Shown one piece after another: positions 30,455 through 39,773 of a stretch of 64,000 nucleotides of DNA. Both the position numbers and the translations under genes were made by a program. Source of the stretch: Candidatus Thiodiazotropha sp. (ex Myrtea sp. 'scaly one' KF741663) (GTDB lineage Bacteria > Pseudomonadota > Gammaproteobacteria > Chromatiales > Chromatiaceae); NCBI GenBank assembly GCA_025655555.1, contig JAHXIQ010000007.1, positions 83,010 to 147,009 of the forward strand. The letters run 5' to 3'. Within the stretch, counting starts at the first letter, position 1. Each line of letters starts with the position of its first letter. The notes beneath the pieces were generated by a model, which was not told the origin of the DNA, ran no database searches, and saw only the letters and a program-made list of their open reading frames with translations.

Positions 30455-31151
30455 TGTAGTGTTAGCAGGCCTTACTGAGTCCCACAGAATTTGCTCATTT
30501 TTCCACTCAGTCAACACTCACCCAGAAACTACGGAATGTAAATTCAGTTAAACCCTTTAGCTGAATTTGGACCCAACTGTATTTTTCCCGCTTCTGACAT
30601 CACTCACAGCTTCAGTCAGCGTTCACGAGTAATGGGTTGGTCATAAATGATCAACAGTCCTACAAATGCAATATCCACTTTTTTTAACAATAAACACGTC
30701 AGCACCTGATCCTCTATTTACTATTGGCTGAATTAATGAAGCTAGTGTGTCCTGGAGGGAACTCTAATAATTAATTTCAGTTCGGTGAAGGGGAACCATA
30801 GGTTGCGAGGTTTTAATCAAGAGTGATCAGCCACAAGTCACTCTGTGAAGGTCATATTAGGAATTATCTTCTGATATAGCCATTTATTTGAATTGCAGCA
30901 TCAAATCTAAGAACTAACCGACTAAATCTTCTGGAGTAGTCGTCGATACATATTTCATACGAATTTTCAATATGAGTTTATTGAAAGCAGGTGAGAGGAG
31001 TCATACAGCCCTTTCACTGTATTGTGAGTGCCAAGCATGTCTCCGCGCTCTTTTTTGTGCCCGCTGACTGCATCCTAATCCGATTCGGAAAGATGCGATT
31101 GAGCTTTATGAGATAAGTCACTCTTCCAGGATGTATTGCAGGAAAGAAATT

Positions 31152-31931
31152 ATGAACATCTCAAGATATCTACTAACCTTTTGCCTTACCTTCATGCTGG
31201 CGTTTTCATTTTCTGCTTATTCGGCTGAAGTAAATCTGTCCAAGGCCGTCAATAAAGCCGGCAAGCAACGCATGCTCTCTCAGAGAATCGCCAAGGCTTA
31301 CTTCTTTCTTGGTAATGGTGTGAGGCGTGACAAAGCCAAGCAACAGTTGCAAATGAGCATCGCTGAATTTAAAAAGAATCATTCTGAATTAAAGGCTGAA
31401 ATCAGCAATCAGAATGTGCAGAAAATGCTGGCTTTTGTGGATATTGTCATTGAGGAGTATATCGATCTTGCAGGTCGTCCTTACAGCAAAGAGAGTGCAG
31501 CCCAAGTACTCGACATGAGTGAGACTATTTTGGAAGCCAGTCATGACATCGTGGTCAAGATTGAGGCGCTCGCCAATGTTTCAAAGCCGAAGATTATCAA
31601 TATTTCCGGCAGACAGCGTATGCTCTCTCAACGCATTGCGAAATACTACATAGCCTATCAGTCAGGATTCAAGGACCAGGACTCTATCAATCAAATCAAA
31701 AAAGCAGTTAGAGAGTTTGAGACCGCATTGGCGCTCCTTAAGGTCGAAAAGATCAATACCCCTCAGATCACTGCCAATCTTTCCCGGGTTACCCTGCTCT
31801 GGCGGGTTATTCGTCCCTTCTTCATGGATGTTGAGAAGGGTGGATTGCCTGTTACCGTTTTTGCGACCACAGATAAAATCATGGAGCATATGAACAACAT
31901 TACAGGTATGTACGTGAAAGCTGCTGCCTGA
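31152..31931 (+). CDS. Secreted protein with two PilJ-N/NarX-P-box-like four-helix sensor repeats and no output domain
   Basis: I trimmed the ORF to ATG 31152. A signal peptide ends AYSAEV. There are two copies of the motif: AVNKAGKQRMLSQRIAKAYFF and INISGRQRMLSQRIAKYYIAY. Confidence 0.7.
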   Translation: MNISRYLLTFCLTFMLAFSFSAYSAEVNLSKAVNKAGKQRMLSQRIAKAYFFLGNGVRRDKAKQQLQMSIAEFKKNHSELKAEISNQNVQKMLAFVDIVIEEYIDLAGRPYSKESAAQVLDMSETILEASHDIVVKIEALANVSKPKIINISGRQRMLSQRIAKYYIAYQSGFKDQDSINQIKKAVREFETALALLKVEKINTPQITANLSRVTLLWRVIRPFFMDVEKGGLPVTVFATTDKIMEHMNNITGMYVKAAA

Positions 31932-31940
31932 AAAGTCATG

Positions 31941-31978
31941 GCTGGTGTCGGTATCATTTAAGACACCAGCCGTTTTGA
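31941..31978 (+). terminator. Rho-independent terminator
   Basis: GCTGGTGTC (31941-31949) pairs with GACACCAGC (31962-31970). It is followed by CGTTTTG. Confidence 0.7.
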
Positions 31979-32386
31979 TTGTGCGGTGTGGTTTTTGAGT
32001 TGTTGTGACAACCCACCAAACGGTTGCCCTGCAGTTTTAGTATCTGATGCATGGATCAAAAACAGGCCATTGTTTTGAATGATCCTGATTTCCCCCAAAC
32101 CAATTCAAATTCCTCCCAGTAACGCCTGTAAATTTACCTGACGGTATTCGTCCACCATAAGGGACCCGAATAGTGTTAAATCGACACATGAAATGTGCTG
32201 TCATTTTCAACTGGAATTGTCCTGCACTTTGTCGTTTGTGATCTTCGTCTGTCAAAATGACGATTCAAATGGGGTGTCACAAACCGGGAAATAGCCCTTA
32301 TCGGCTGTCAGTATGTTAGGATTCCCGGCTTTTAGTGGTGCGCTTTGGCGCAGTACCAAGCTGAATTTGATCATTGAGGAATCGAC

Positions 32387-32653
32387 ATGCCGATCTACGA
32401 ATACCGCTGTGAATCCTGCGGCCATGAACTAGAAGCACTACAGAAGATGAGTGACCCGCTGCTTACGGAATGTCCCGAATGCAAGCAGGCGTCTCTAAAG
32501 AAGGCACTTACCGCAGCAGGTTTTCGCCTCAAGGGTAGCGGTTGGTACGAGACAGATTTCAAGGGCGGTAAAAAGAAATCAGAGGACAAGCGCAGCAATT
32601 CCGACAGCAAGTCATCCAGCTGCAGTAGTGGTTGTGGCTGCCACTCATCGTAA
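32387..32653 (+). CDS. FmdB-family zinc-ribbon protein
   Basis: MPIYEYRCESCGHE......CPECK is the CxxC...CxxC signature. WYETDF and a Ser/Cys-rich tail are present. Confidence 0.85.
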   Translation: MPIYEYRCESCGHELEALQKMSDPLLTECPECKQASLKKALTAAGFRLKGSGWYETDFKGGKKKSEDKRSNSDSKSSSCSSGCGCHSS

Positions 32654-32668
32654 CCCTTAGATATTAAT

Positions 32669-33319
32669 ATGAATTTTCTGCGCCGCTACCTGGTGGCCGG
32701 ACTGTTGGTCTGGTTACCGCTGGTGGCAACCTTTTTCGTCATCAGGCTGCTGGTCAACTGGATGGATCAGAGCCTGCTGTTGCTGCCGGAAACCTATCAT
32801 CCGGACAACCTGTTGGGATTCCACCTCCCCGGACTCGGGGTGGTTCTCTCCCTGCTGATTCTGTTACTCACCGGCCTGGTTGCCGCCAATCTGTTTGGGC
32901 GTAAGCTGGTCAGCCTGTGGGAACACCTGCTCTCCCGGATTCCATTGGTTCGCTCGGTTTACTCCGCAGTTAAGCAGATGGTGGAGACCATGTTCTCCGA
33001 TAATGGCAAATCCTTTCGCAAAGTGGTGCTTGTGGAATTTCCCCGGCGTGGGATGTGGACGCTCGCATTTCTCACTTCTGACGAGCAGGGTCCGGTTCAG
33101 CAGGCCACCGGGCAAGAGGTCATCAGCGTCTATGTACCCACCACACCCAATCCGACCGGCGGCTACTTCGTGCTGGTGCCGAAAGATGATGTGCGTGAGA
33201 TTGACCTCAGCGTGGACGATGGCTTGAAGCTGCTGCTCTCCATGGGGGCGGTGAATCCTATGGAAAAAGAGGCCATCGCCAGCGTTGGCGGACTTGCAGA
33301 GGCAGAGCCCAGGCCGTAA
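32669..33319 (+). CDS. DUF502 family membrane protein
   Basis: The protein has two N-terminal TM helices. The motifs IPLVRSVYSAVKQ and TTPNPTGGYFVLVPKDDV are typical of DUF502. Confidence 0.85.
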   Translation: MNFLRRYLVAGLLVWLPLVATFFVIRLLVNWMDQSLLLLPETYHPDNLLGFHLPGLGVVLSLLILLLTGLVAANLFGRKLVSLWEHLLSRIPLVRSVYSAVKQMVETMFSDNGKSFRKVVLVEFPRRGMWTLAFLTSDEQGPVQQATGQEVISVYVPTTPNPTGGYFVLVPKDDVREIDLSVDDGLKLLLSMGAVNPMEKEAIASVGGLAEAEPRP

Positions 33320-33382
33320 CATTCCCGCTTTTTAGCGTCCCGCTCTTAGCGACGCTTACAAGACTTTTCACAGGAAACACCC

Positions 33383-35173
33383 ATGCGCAGCCATTATTGC
33401 GGACAGATCAACAGTGCCCATATCGGTCAGGAAGTGGAACTCTGCGGCTGGGTCCATCGCCGCCGCGACCATGGCGGTGTGATTTTTATCGATTTGCGGG
33501 ACCGCGAGGGACTGGTGCAGGTGGTCTATGATCCTGACCTGCCGGAGGTCTTCGGTCTGGCCGAGCAGGTGCGCAACGAGTTCGTCCTGCGTATCAAGGG
33601 TCGTGTTCGCCCAAGGCCTGAAGGTACGGTCAATAAAGACCTGCCTACAGGAGAGATCGAAATCCTTGGACTTGAGCTAGAGGTCCTAAACAAGGCAGAT
33701 ACGCCGCCATTTCAGCTCGATGAGCATGAAAATGTTTCTGAAGAGATCCGCCTGCGCTACCGCTATGTGGATTTACGACGTCCCGAGATGCTGGAGAAGA
33801 TCCGCATTCGTGCCAAGGTGACCCAGATCCTGCGCCGTTTTCTCGACGACAGTGGCTTCCTCGATATCGAAACTCCCATGCTGACCAAGGCGACACCGGA
33901 AGGTGCAAGAGACTATCTGGTGCCTAGCCGCACGCATCCCGGCCAGTTTTTTGCCTTACCCCAATCACCTCAGCTGTTTAAACAACTGCTCATGATGGCA
34001 GGTATGGACCGCTACTATCAGATCGTGCGCTGTTTCCGCGACGAGGATCTGCGGGCCGACCGGCAGCCGGAATTCACCCAGCTCGATATCGAGACTGCGT
34101 TTCTGAATGAAGATGAGATCATGCAGCTCAATGAGGAGATGATCCGCCAGCTCTTCAAAGCCATTCTCGATGTGGACCTGCCTGACCCCTTTCCCCGCAT
34201 GACCTATGCGGAGGCGATGGACCGTTATGGTTCTGATCGCCCCGATCTGCGCATACCCCTGGAGCTGGTCGATCTGCAGGACCTGATGGCATCGGTGGAG
34301 TTCAAGGTCTTCTCCGGGCCGGCTAAAGATCCAAAAGGCCGCGTGGCGGCACTGCGGGTACCGGGTGGCAACACACTCAGCCGCAAGCAGATCGATGAAT
34401 ACACCAAGTATGTAGGTATTTATGGTGCCAAGGGTCTGGCCTATATCAAGGTCAACGAGAAGGCCAAAGGTGTCGAAGGTCTGCAGTCTCCGATTCTCAA
34501 ATTCCTGCCTGATGAGGTGGTGAGCGCAATCCTGGATCGTACCGAGGCTGATGACGGCGACCTGATCTTTTTCGGTGCCGATAAGGCGAGTGTGGTAAAC
34601 GAGTCCCTGGGTGCGCTTCGGGTACGCCTTGGGCAGGATCTTGATCTGATGGACGGTGAATGGAAACCGGTCTGGGTGGTCGATTTCCCCATGTTTGAAT
34701 GGGACGATCAGCACAACCGCTGGACGCCATTGCATCACCCTTTCACCTCGCCAAAGCTGGATCAGGTCGATCTGCTCGATTCAGATCCGGGCGCATGCGA
34801 TTCTCGCGCCTATGACATGGTCATGAACGGTGTCGAGCTGGGTGGTGGCTCCATCCGTATCCATCAACAGGAAGTACAGCAGAAGATCTTCAAGCTGCTG
34901 GAGATCGGTGAGGAAGAGGCTGAGGAGAAGTTCGGCTTTCTGCTCTCCGCGCTCAAATTCGGCTGCCCGCCCCATGGTGGTCTTGCCTTCGGCCTGGATC
35001 GTCTGGTGATGTTGTTGACCGGTTCTGCCTCGATACGTGATGTGATGGCCTTCCCCAAGACACAGACTGCGGCTTGCCCGCTCACCTCTGCCCCCTCAGA
35101 AGTCGCTGCAGAGCAGTTGCGGGAGCTCTCTATCCGGGTGCGCAAGCCGGCCAGTGAGGAGACCTCTGCGTAG
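33383..35173 (+). CDS. aspS: Aspartate--tRNA ligase
   Basis: 596 aa. [45 protein letters not shown] and GGGSIRIH are present. Confidence 0.98.
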   Translation: MRSHYCGQINSAHIGQEVELCGWVHRRRDHGGVIFIDLRDREGLVQVVYDPDLPEVFGLAEQVRNEFVLRIKGRVRPRPEGTVNKDLPTGEIEILGLELEVLNKADTPPFQLDEHENVSEEIRLRYRYVDLRRPEMLEKIRIRAKVTQILRRFLDDSGFLDIETPMLTKATPEGARDYLVPSRTHPGQFFALPQSPQLFKQLLMMAGMDRYYQIVRCFRDEDLRADRQPEFTQLDIETAFLNEDEIMQLNEEMIRQLFKAILDVDLPDPFPRMTYAEAMDRYGSDRPDLRIPLELVDLQDLMASVEFKVFSGPAKDPKGRVAALRVPGGNTLSRKQIDEYTKYVGIYGAKGLAYIKVNEKAKGVEGLQSPILKFLPDEVVSAILDRTEADDGDLIFFGADKASVVNESLGALRVRLGQDLDLMDGEWKPVWVVDFPMFEWDDQHNRWTPLHHPFTSPKLDQVDLLDSDPGACDSRAYDMVMNGVELGGGSIRIHQQEVQQKIFKLLEIGEEEAEEKFGFLLSALKFGCPPHGGLAFGLDRLVMLLTGSASIRDVMAFPKTQTAACPLTSAPSEVAAEQLRELSIRVRKPASEETSA

Positions 35174-35642
35174 TCAGTTTAAACGGCCGGAATCTGTGCT
35201 GGTGGTGGTCTACACCACCCGCGGAGAAGTGCTGCTACTGCGTCGTACCCGCCCCAGCGATTTCTGGCAATCGGTAACCGGCAGCCTGGCATGGGGTGAA
35301 TCCCCGAGGCTGGCCGCGAGCCGGGAACTCTACGAGGAGACCGGCATTATGGCCGGTAGCCGGTTGATCGATCTTTCTGTCAGTGTCCGCTTTCCGATCC
35401 TGCCTGCCTGGCGTGATCGCTATGCGCCATCAGCGCATAGCAATACCGAGCACTGGTTCGCACTGCCTCTGGCCTATCGGCGTGTGCCTCGCCTGCAAGC
35501 CAACGAACATACCGATTACCGATGGCTGCCATATAGACAGGCAATCCGTCTGGCCACTTCCTGGACGAACCGTAAGGCGATCCGACAAGTGATTGAGGGG
35601 GTTAGCAGCGCTAGGAAATCCCAGATACTAATCGGACAATAA
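35154..35642 (+). CDS. nudB: Dihydroneopterin triphosphate diphosphatase (Nudix)
   Basis: [12 protein letters not shown]...DFWQSVTGS...GE and WFALPL....EH.DYRWL closely parallel remembered E. coli NudB. The aspS-nudB synteny fits. The GTG start overlaps the aspS end. Confidence 0.88.
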   Translation: MRRPLRSQFKRPESVLVVVYTTRGEVLLLRRTRPSDFWQSVTGSLAWGESPRLAASRELYEETGIMAGSRLIDLSVSVRFPILPAWRDRYAPSAHSNTEHWFALPLAYRRVPRLQANEHTDYRWLPYRQAIRLATSWTNRKAIRQVIEGVSSARKSQILIGQ

Positions 35643-35704
35643 AGCTTTTTATCCTCTATCCCTTAGGAAGAGGGGAATCATAATCTGACTTGTCCAGAGC
35701 TTCC

Positions 35705-36094
35705 CTAGAAGCTGAGTTTCTCTATCACCCGCAGCAGCTTCTCCTTGGCCTCTGCCGCCACACGCTTCGGTTCCTCTGTCAGACAAAGTCCCAACACGGT
35801 CACCGGATCCATAAAGCTGACTATGGTTTTACCTTCATCGGTTTCGCGAAGAATGAAGTTGCAGGGGAGGAGGGTGCCGGCATTGGGTTCGCTACTCAGC
35901 ACCCGGTCAGCCAGCTTGGGATTGCAGGCGCCGAAGATACGATAGGCGGGGATATCCTTGTCCATCTTGTTTTTGAAAATAGCCTGTACATCAACTTCAC
36001 TGACGATGCCGAGGTGCGCTTCCATTAAGGTGGTTTTCACCTTCTCCATCGCCTGCTCGAAGGGAAGATCGATTTCGCCGTTAATTTCGTACAT
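35705..36094 (-). CDS. DUF302 domain protein
   Basis: I trimmed the ORF to ATG 36094, which has AGGAGG 5 nt upstream. The text EAHLGIVSEVDVQAIFKNKMDKDIPAYRIFGACNP and LLPCNF is DUF302-like. Confidence 0.85.
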   Translation of the reverse strand: MYEINGEIDLPFEQAMEKVKTTLMEAHLGIVSEVDVQAIFKNKMDKDIPAYRIFGACNPKLADRVLSSEPNAGTLLPCNFILRETDEGKTIVSFMDPVTVLGLCLTEEPKRVAAEAKEKLLRVIEKLSF

Positions 36095-36185
36095 AGTGCC
36101 TCCTGTTTTGTGGGAGGCCGCATTGCAGCAGAGCAGGTGTAAACTCACATTGAAGTTTATCAAAAACCCCAGGGAGATACGGGTT

Positions 36186-36596
36186 ATGCAACAGACGATT
36201 CATCTTGAAACCCATAAGCGGGAGACACTGGTGGATATTACTCAACAGGTGGAATCAGTTGTCAGAAAAAGCGGTACACGTAGTGGCATTGTGAGTGTTT
36301 ATGCACAAGGCGCCACTGCGGCCATTATGATTCAAGAGAATTGGGATGAGAGTGTGCAGACTGATGTGGTGAATCTACTGCGCAAAGTGATTCCCCAGGG
36401 CGAGTGGCTGCATGATGCGCAGGATGGCAATGGTGATGCCCATCTGAAGGCGGGTTTGGTGGGACCATCCGAGACCATTCCACTGATTGATGGTGTCATG
36501 GGCCTGTCCCGTTGGCAGAATATCTTCTTTTGTGAATTCGATGGTCCACGGGCAGACCGCAAGGTGGTCTGTTCGATTCTGGAGGATGCGGGATGA
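36186..36596 (+). CDS. yjbQ: YjbQ/UPF0047 family protein (secondary thiamine-phosphate synthase-type)
   Basis: I trimmed the ORF to ATG 36186; the longer ORF overlaps the DUF302 gene on the other strand. TAAIMIQENWDESV..D, GDAHLKA and GLSRWQNIFFCEFDGPR are family signatures. Confidence 0.88.
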   Translation: MQQTIHLETHKRETLVDITQQVESVVRKSGTRSGIVSVYAQGATAAIMIQENWDESVQTDVVNLLRKVIPQGEWLHDAQDGNGDAHLKAGLVGPSETIPLIDGVMGLSRWQNIFFCEFDGPRADRKVVCSILEDAG

Positions 36597-37453
36597 GCAA
36601 CACGGGGCTGCTGCGACATATAGAAACCCTGAATCAATGGAATCCACAGAATTTCTGCGGGTTTTATCAAGCTGAACAAAGGTACGGCTATCTCAAAGCA
36701 TCAGTTGTGGAGGCGCTGCGTCAGTGGCCGGCCTATTTTCAGGTCGAGTCGAAGGCGGTGCATCTCAATTCGGCACTGGATACGTTCGAAGTCCGTACCC
36801 AGGTGTTGGCTGAAGTCACACATAAATTGGTCGGGCAGGGGGTCATCTCCCATGCCCACGGTGAGCGCTATCCCGTGACATCGAGTGGTCGGGAGACAGC
36901 GATTGCCACTATCGACCGCACTGCGGCTTCCTACTTCGGTCTGCGCGCCTATGGTCAGCATCTGAATGGTTTTGTGCGTAGGCCAGATGGGTTGATGCTT
37001 TGGATTGCCCGCCGCTCTGCGGATAGACGCGTCTACCCCGGTAAGCTGGACAATATGGTGGCAGGAGGTCTGCCATACGATCTCTCATTGGCAGAAAATC
37101 TCAACAAGGAGTGTATGGAGGAGGCATCTGTGCCGGTGAATATTGCCGCCAAAGCCGAGTCGGTGGGGGCGCTGACATACTGTAAAGAGACTCGGGTAGG
37201 GCTCAAACCGGATACACTCTATTGTTATGACTTGGAACTGCCTGATGATTTTCAGCCTCGGAATACCGATGGTGAAGTGGCGGAATTCATGCTGCTGCCG
37301 GTGGAGGAGGTCTTGCGGTTGGTGCGGGATACGGATGAATTCAAGCTAAACTGTAATCTGGTACTGATCGATTTTTTTATTCGGCATGGGATTTTGGATC
37401 CTGAAACCCCGGACTATCTGGATTTGGTCCAGGGGTTGCATGAGAAGTTCTGA
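36593..37453 (+). CDS. Nudix hydrolase of the DUF4743/Tnr3-NUDT20-like (thiamine-diphosphate-related) subfamily
   Basis: ATGA overlap with yjbQ. FGLRAYGQHLNGFV, PGKLDNMVAGGLPYDLSLAENLNKECMEEASV form a variant Nudix box. Confidence 0.7.
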   Translation: MSNTGLLRHIETLNQWNPQNFCGFYQAEQRYGYLKASVVEALRQWPAYFQVESKAVHLNSALDTFEVRTQVLAEVTHKLVGQGVISHAHGERYPVTSSGRETAIATIDRTAASYFGLRAYGQHLNGFVRRPDGLMLWIARRSADRRVYPGKLDNMVAGGLPYDLSLAENLNKECMEEASVPVNIAAKAESVGALTYCKETRVGLKPDTLYCYDLELPDDFQPRNTDGEVAEFMLLPVEEVLRLVRDTDEFKLNCNLVLIDFFIRHGILDPETPDYLDLVQGLHEKF

Positions 37454-37594
37454 CCGATGAGTGCTAAATTATTGCGCAAGTACACACTTTTCGCGTCGGA
37501 TGGAACCACCAGGCTGGTATTCCAGTCAAAATCGTATTCCAATCAGTTTGATAGCTGCGTAAATACCTATTCAGCAGCATATTTAGGTGGATGA

Positions 37595-39682
37595 ATGAGA
37601 CATACCCGATCTATTGCCTTCTGTTTTCTCCTGTTGCTTGCCGCATCGCAGGCCTGGGCACAGAAACAACTGGTGCCCGTTTCCGAGCTGCATCCCACGC
37701 AGGAGCAGCAGCAGACAGCCCACGTCATCGTCAAGGTTATTGATAAGTACCATTACAAGGATGTGTTACTGGACGATGATATGTCGGAGATGATCCTGGA
37801 TCGTTATTTCGATGCATTGGATCCCAACCGCTCATTTTTTCTTGCTAACGATATTCGCCGATTCTCCGTTTTTGAGGGAAAACTGGATGACTATCTGAAA
37901 AATGCCAGAATCGAACCCGCCTTCGAGATTTTTCGAATCTACCGTCAGCGTGTGGGTGAAGCGATCTCTTATGCACAGGAGTTGTTGGAAAAAGATTTCG
38001 ATTTCACCATTGATGAGGCTTACCAGTTTGAACGCGAAGATGAGCTTTGGCCGCAAACCCGTGCGGAACTGAACGATCTGTGGCGCAAACGGGTAAAAAA
38101 TGATTTCCTCAATCTGAAATTGACCGACAAGGCGGATGAAGAGATTCGAAAAACCTTGCGAGCACGCTATACCCGGCTTGAGAATCGTGTACTGCAGTTT
38201 GATTCCAATGACATTTTCCAAACATTCATCAATGCCTATACGTTGAGTCTGGAACCTCATACCAGCTACATGTCGCCAAGTACCTCTGAAAATTTCGATA
38301 TCAGCATGAGTCTTTCCCTGGAAGGCATTGGCGCGGTGTTGAAGGACGAGGACGGCTATACCGTTGTACAGAAGACGGTGGTCGGCGGACCTGCGGAGCT
38401 AAGCAAGCTGCTGCATGCCGGGGATCGTATCATCGGTGTCGGCCAGGGACTGGAAGGCGAAATTATCGATATCATCGGTTGGCGGTTACAGGATGTGGTG
38501 GAACAGATCCGCGGTCCGAAAGGTTCGGTGGTCAGACTCCATATCGTGCCCAAGGGCAGTCAGAGCGAGGCAGATCCCGAGGCCATTACACTGGTCAGAA
38601 ACAAGATCAAACTCGAAGAGCAGGCAGCGAAGAGCTATATCATCGACGGACTCGATGGTATGGAGAAGTATCGTGTGGGCGTCGTTGAAGTACCGACCTT
38701 CTACCGTGATTTCGCCGCAGAGTCGCGCGGGGAAGAGGATTTCCGTAGCACCACAAGGGATGTGCGTAATCTATTGGCCGATCTCAATAAACAGGGCGTC
38801 GACGGTATTGTTATCGATCTCAGGGAGAATGGTGGCGGATCGCTCTCGGAAGCCACGGAACTGACGGGTTTGTTTATCAAGACCGGGCCTGTGGTGCAGA
38901 TCAAGGACGCCTTCGGCAAGGTTGAGGTCGAGCGGGATCCTGATACCGAGATTGCCTACAGCGGTCCCATGGCGGTACTGGTGGACCGGGACAGCGCATC
39001 TGCCTCGGAGATCTTTGCGGGCGCTATACAGGACTACAAACGCGGTATCGTCATCGGTGAACCCACATTTGGCAAAGGCACGGTGCAGACACTGGTCGAC
39101 CTGGGTCGTTTTGTTCCCGGCAGAAAACAGGATCTTGGCCGGTTACGCCTGACCATGGCACAGTTCTTCAGAATCAACGGCGGCAGTACACAGCATCGTG
39201 GCGTGGTACCTGACATACTTTTTCCAACCGCCAAATTCTCCGATGAATATGGGGAGCGTTCGCTGGACAATGCATTGCCATGGGCACAAATCCAACCCGC
39301 AAAATTTCAAGTGCAGGCAAAAGGCACGGTTCCCCACCTGATGGAGTCTCATTTGAGCCGTATCTCGCATGATCCTGGCTTTGAGATGCTGGTTGATCGT
39401 GAGAAACGTTTCAAAGACCTCGATCTTCGTACCGAGGTCAGCCTGCTGGAATCCAAGCGCCGTGCTGAGTGGGATCAACGTGAAGAAGAGCGGCTGTTGC
39501 ATAAAAATCGATTCAGAACCTCACAGGGGCTTGAAGCGATCAAGCCGCAGCAGGATGACGAAAACAGTAACGATGATGACGGCGAGGAGAGTAAGGCCAC
39601 CCGTCGGATAGAACTCAATGAAGCAGCGCGTATTCTTGTTGATTCCATCCGCCTGCAGGCGCCTATGGCTGTCATGCGGTGA
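37595..39682 (+). CDS. prc: Carboxy-terminal (tail-specific) processing protease
   Basis: 695 aa with a signal peptide and a PDZ segment. The S41 catalytic region is DLRENGGG and VLVDRDSASASEIFAGAIQD. The DUF3340-like acidic C-terminus is present. Confidence 0.95.
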   Translation: MRHTRSIAFCFLLLLAASQAWAQKQLVPVSELHPTQEQQQTAHVIVKVIDKYHYKDVLLDDDMSEMILDRYFDALDPNRSFFLANDIRRFSVFEGKLDDYLKNARIEPAFEIFRIYRQRVGEAISYAQELLEKDFDFTIDEAYQFEREDELWPQTRAELNDLWRKRVKNDFLNLKLTDKADEEIRKTLRARYTRLENRVLQFDSNDIFQTFINAYTLSLEPHTSYMSPSTSENFDISMSLSLEGIGAVLKDEDGYTVVQKTVVGGPAELSKLLHAGDRIIGVGQGLEGEIIDIIGWRLQDVVEQIRGPKGSVVRLHIVPKGSQSEADPEAITLVRNKIKLEEQAAKSYIIDGLDGMEKYRVGVVEVPTFYRDFAAESRGEEDFRSTTRDVRNLLADLNKQGVDGIVIDLRENGGGSLSEATELTGLFIKTGPVVQIKDAFGKVEVERDPDTEIAYSGPMAVLVDRDSASASEIFAGAIQDYKRGIVIGEPTFGKGTVQTLVDLGRFVPGRKQDLGRLRLTMAQFFRINGGSTQHRGVVPDILFPTAKFSDEYGERSLDNALPWAQIQPAKFQVQAKGTVPHLMESHLSRISHDPGFEMLVDREKRFKDLDLRTEVSLLESKRRAEWDQREEERLLHKNRFRTSQGLEAIKPQQDDENSNDDDGEESKATRRIELNEAARILVDSIRLQAPMAVMR

Positions 39683-39773
39683 GCCTGGCCAAGTCCGACC
39701 CTGATGGCTGCTCAATTTATCCGTGTTTGATCCGTAACGGCAAGCTATAATCTGCGCTCTTTGAACAGGACGC

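Larger units (their letters stand above)
30455..32386. other. A+T-rich segment containing only one convincing gene
   Basis: A hand count gives 19/60 G+C for 30661-30720. There is no ORF of 60 codons or more in 30518-31130, and about 455 nt (31932-32386) hold only one dubious ORF. Confidence 0.6.

Noticed and set aside
32037-32255. 72-aa minus-strand ORF in the A+T-rich gap before fmdB.
   Set aside because: There is no RBS and no family resemblance. It is an isolated ORF in low-GC DNA where random ORFs of this size are expected.
33965-34738. 257-aa ORF antisense to aspS.
   Set aside because: aspS is unambiguous over the same bases. The antisense product has no recognisable motif and has shadow-ORF composition.
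35958-36185. N-terminal 76-codon extension of the yjbQ ORF.
   Set aside because: It overlaps the DUF302 gene on the opposite strand. The YjbQ family starts at the MQQTIHLET equivalent (ATG 36186).
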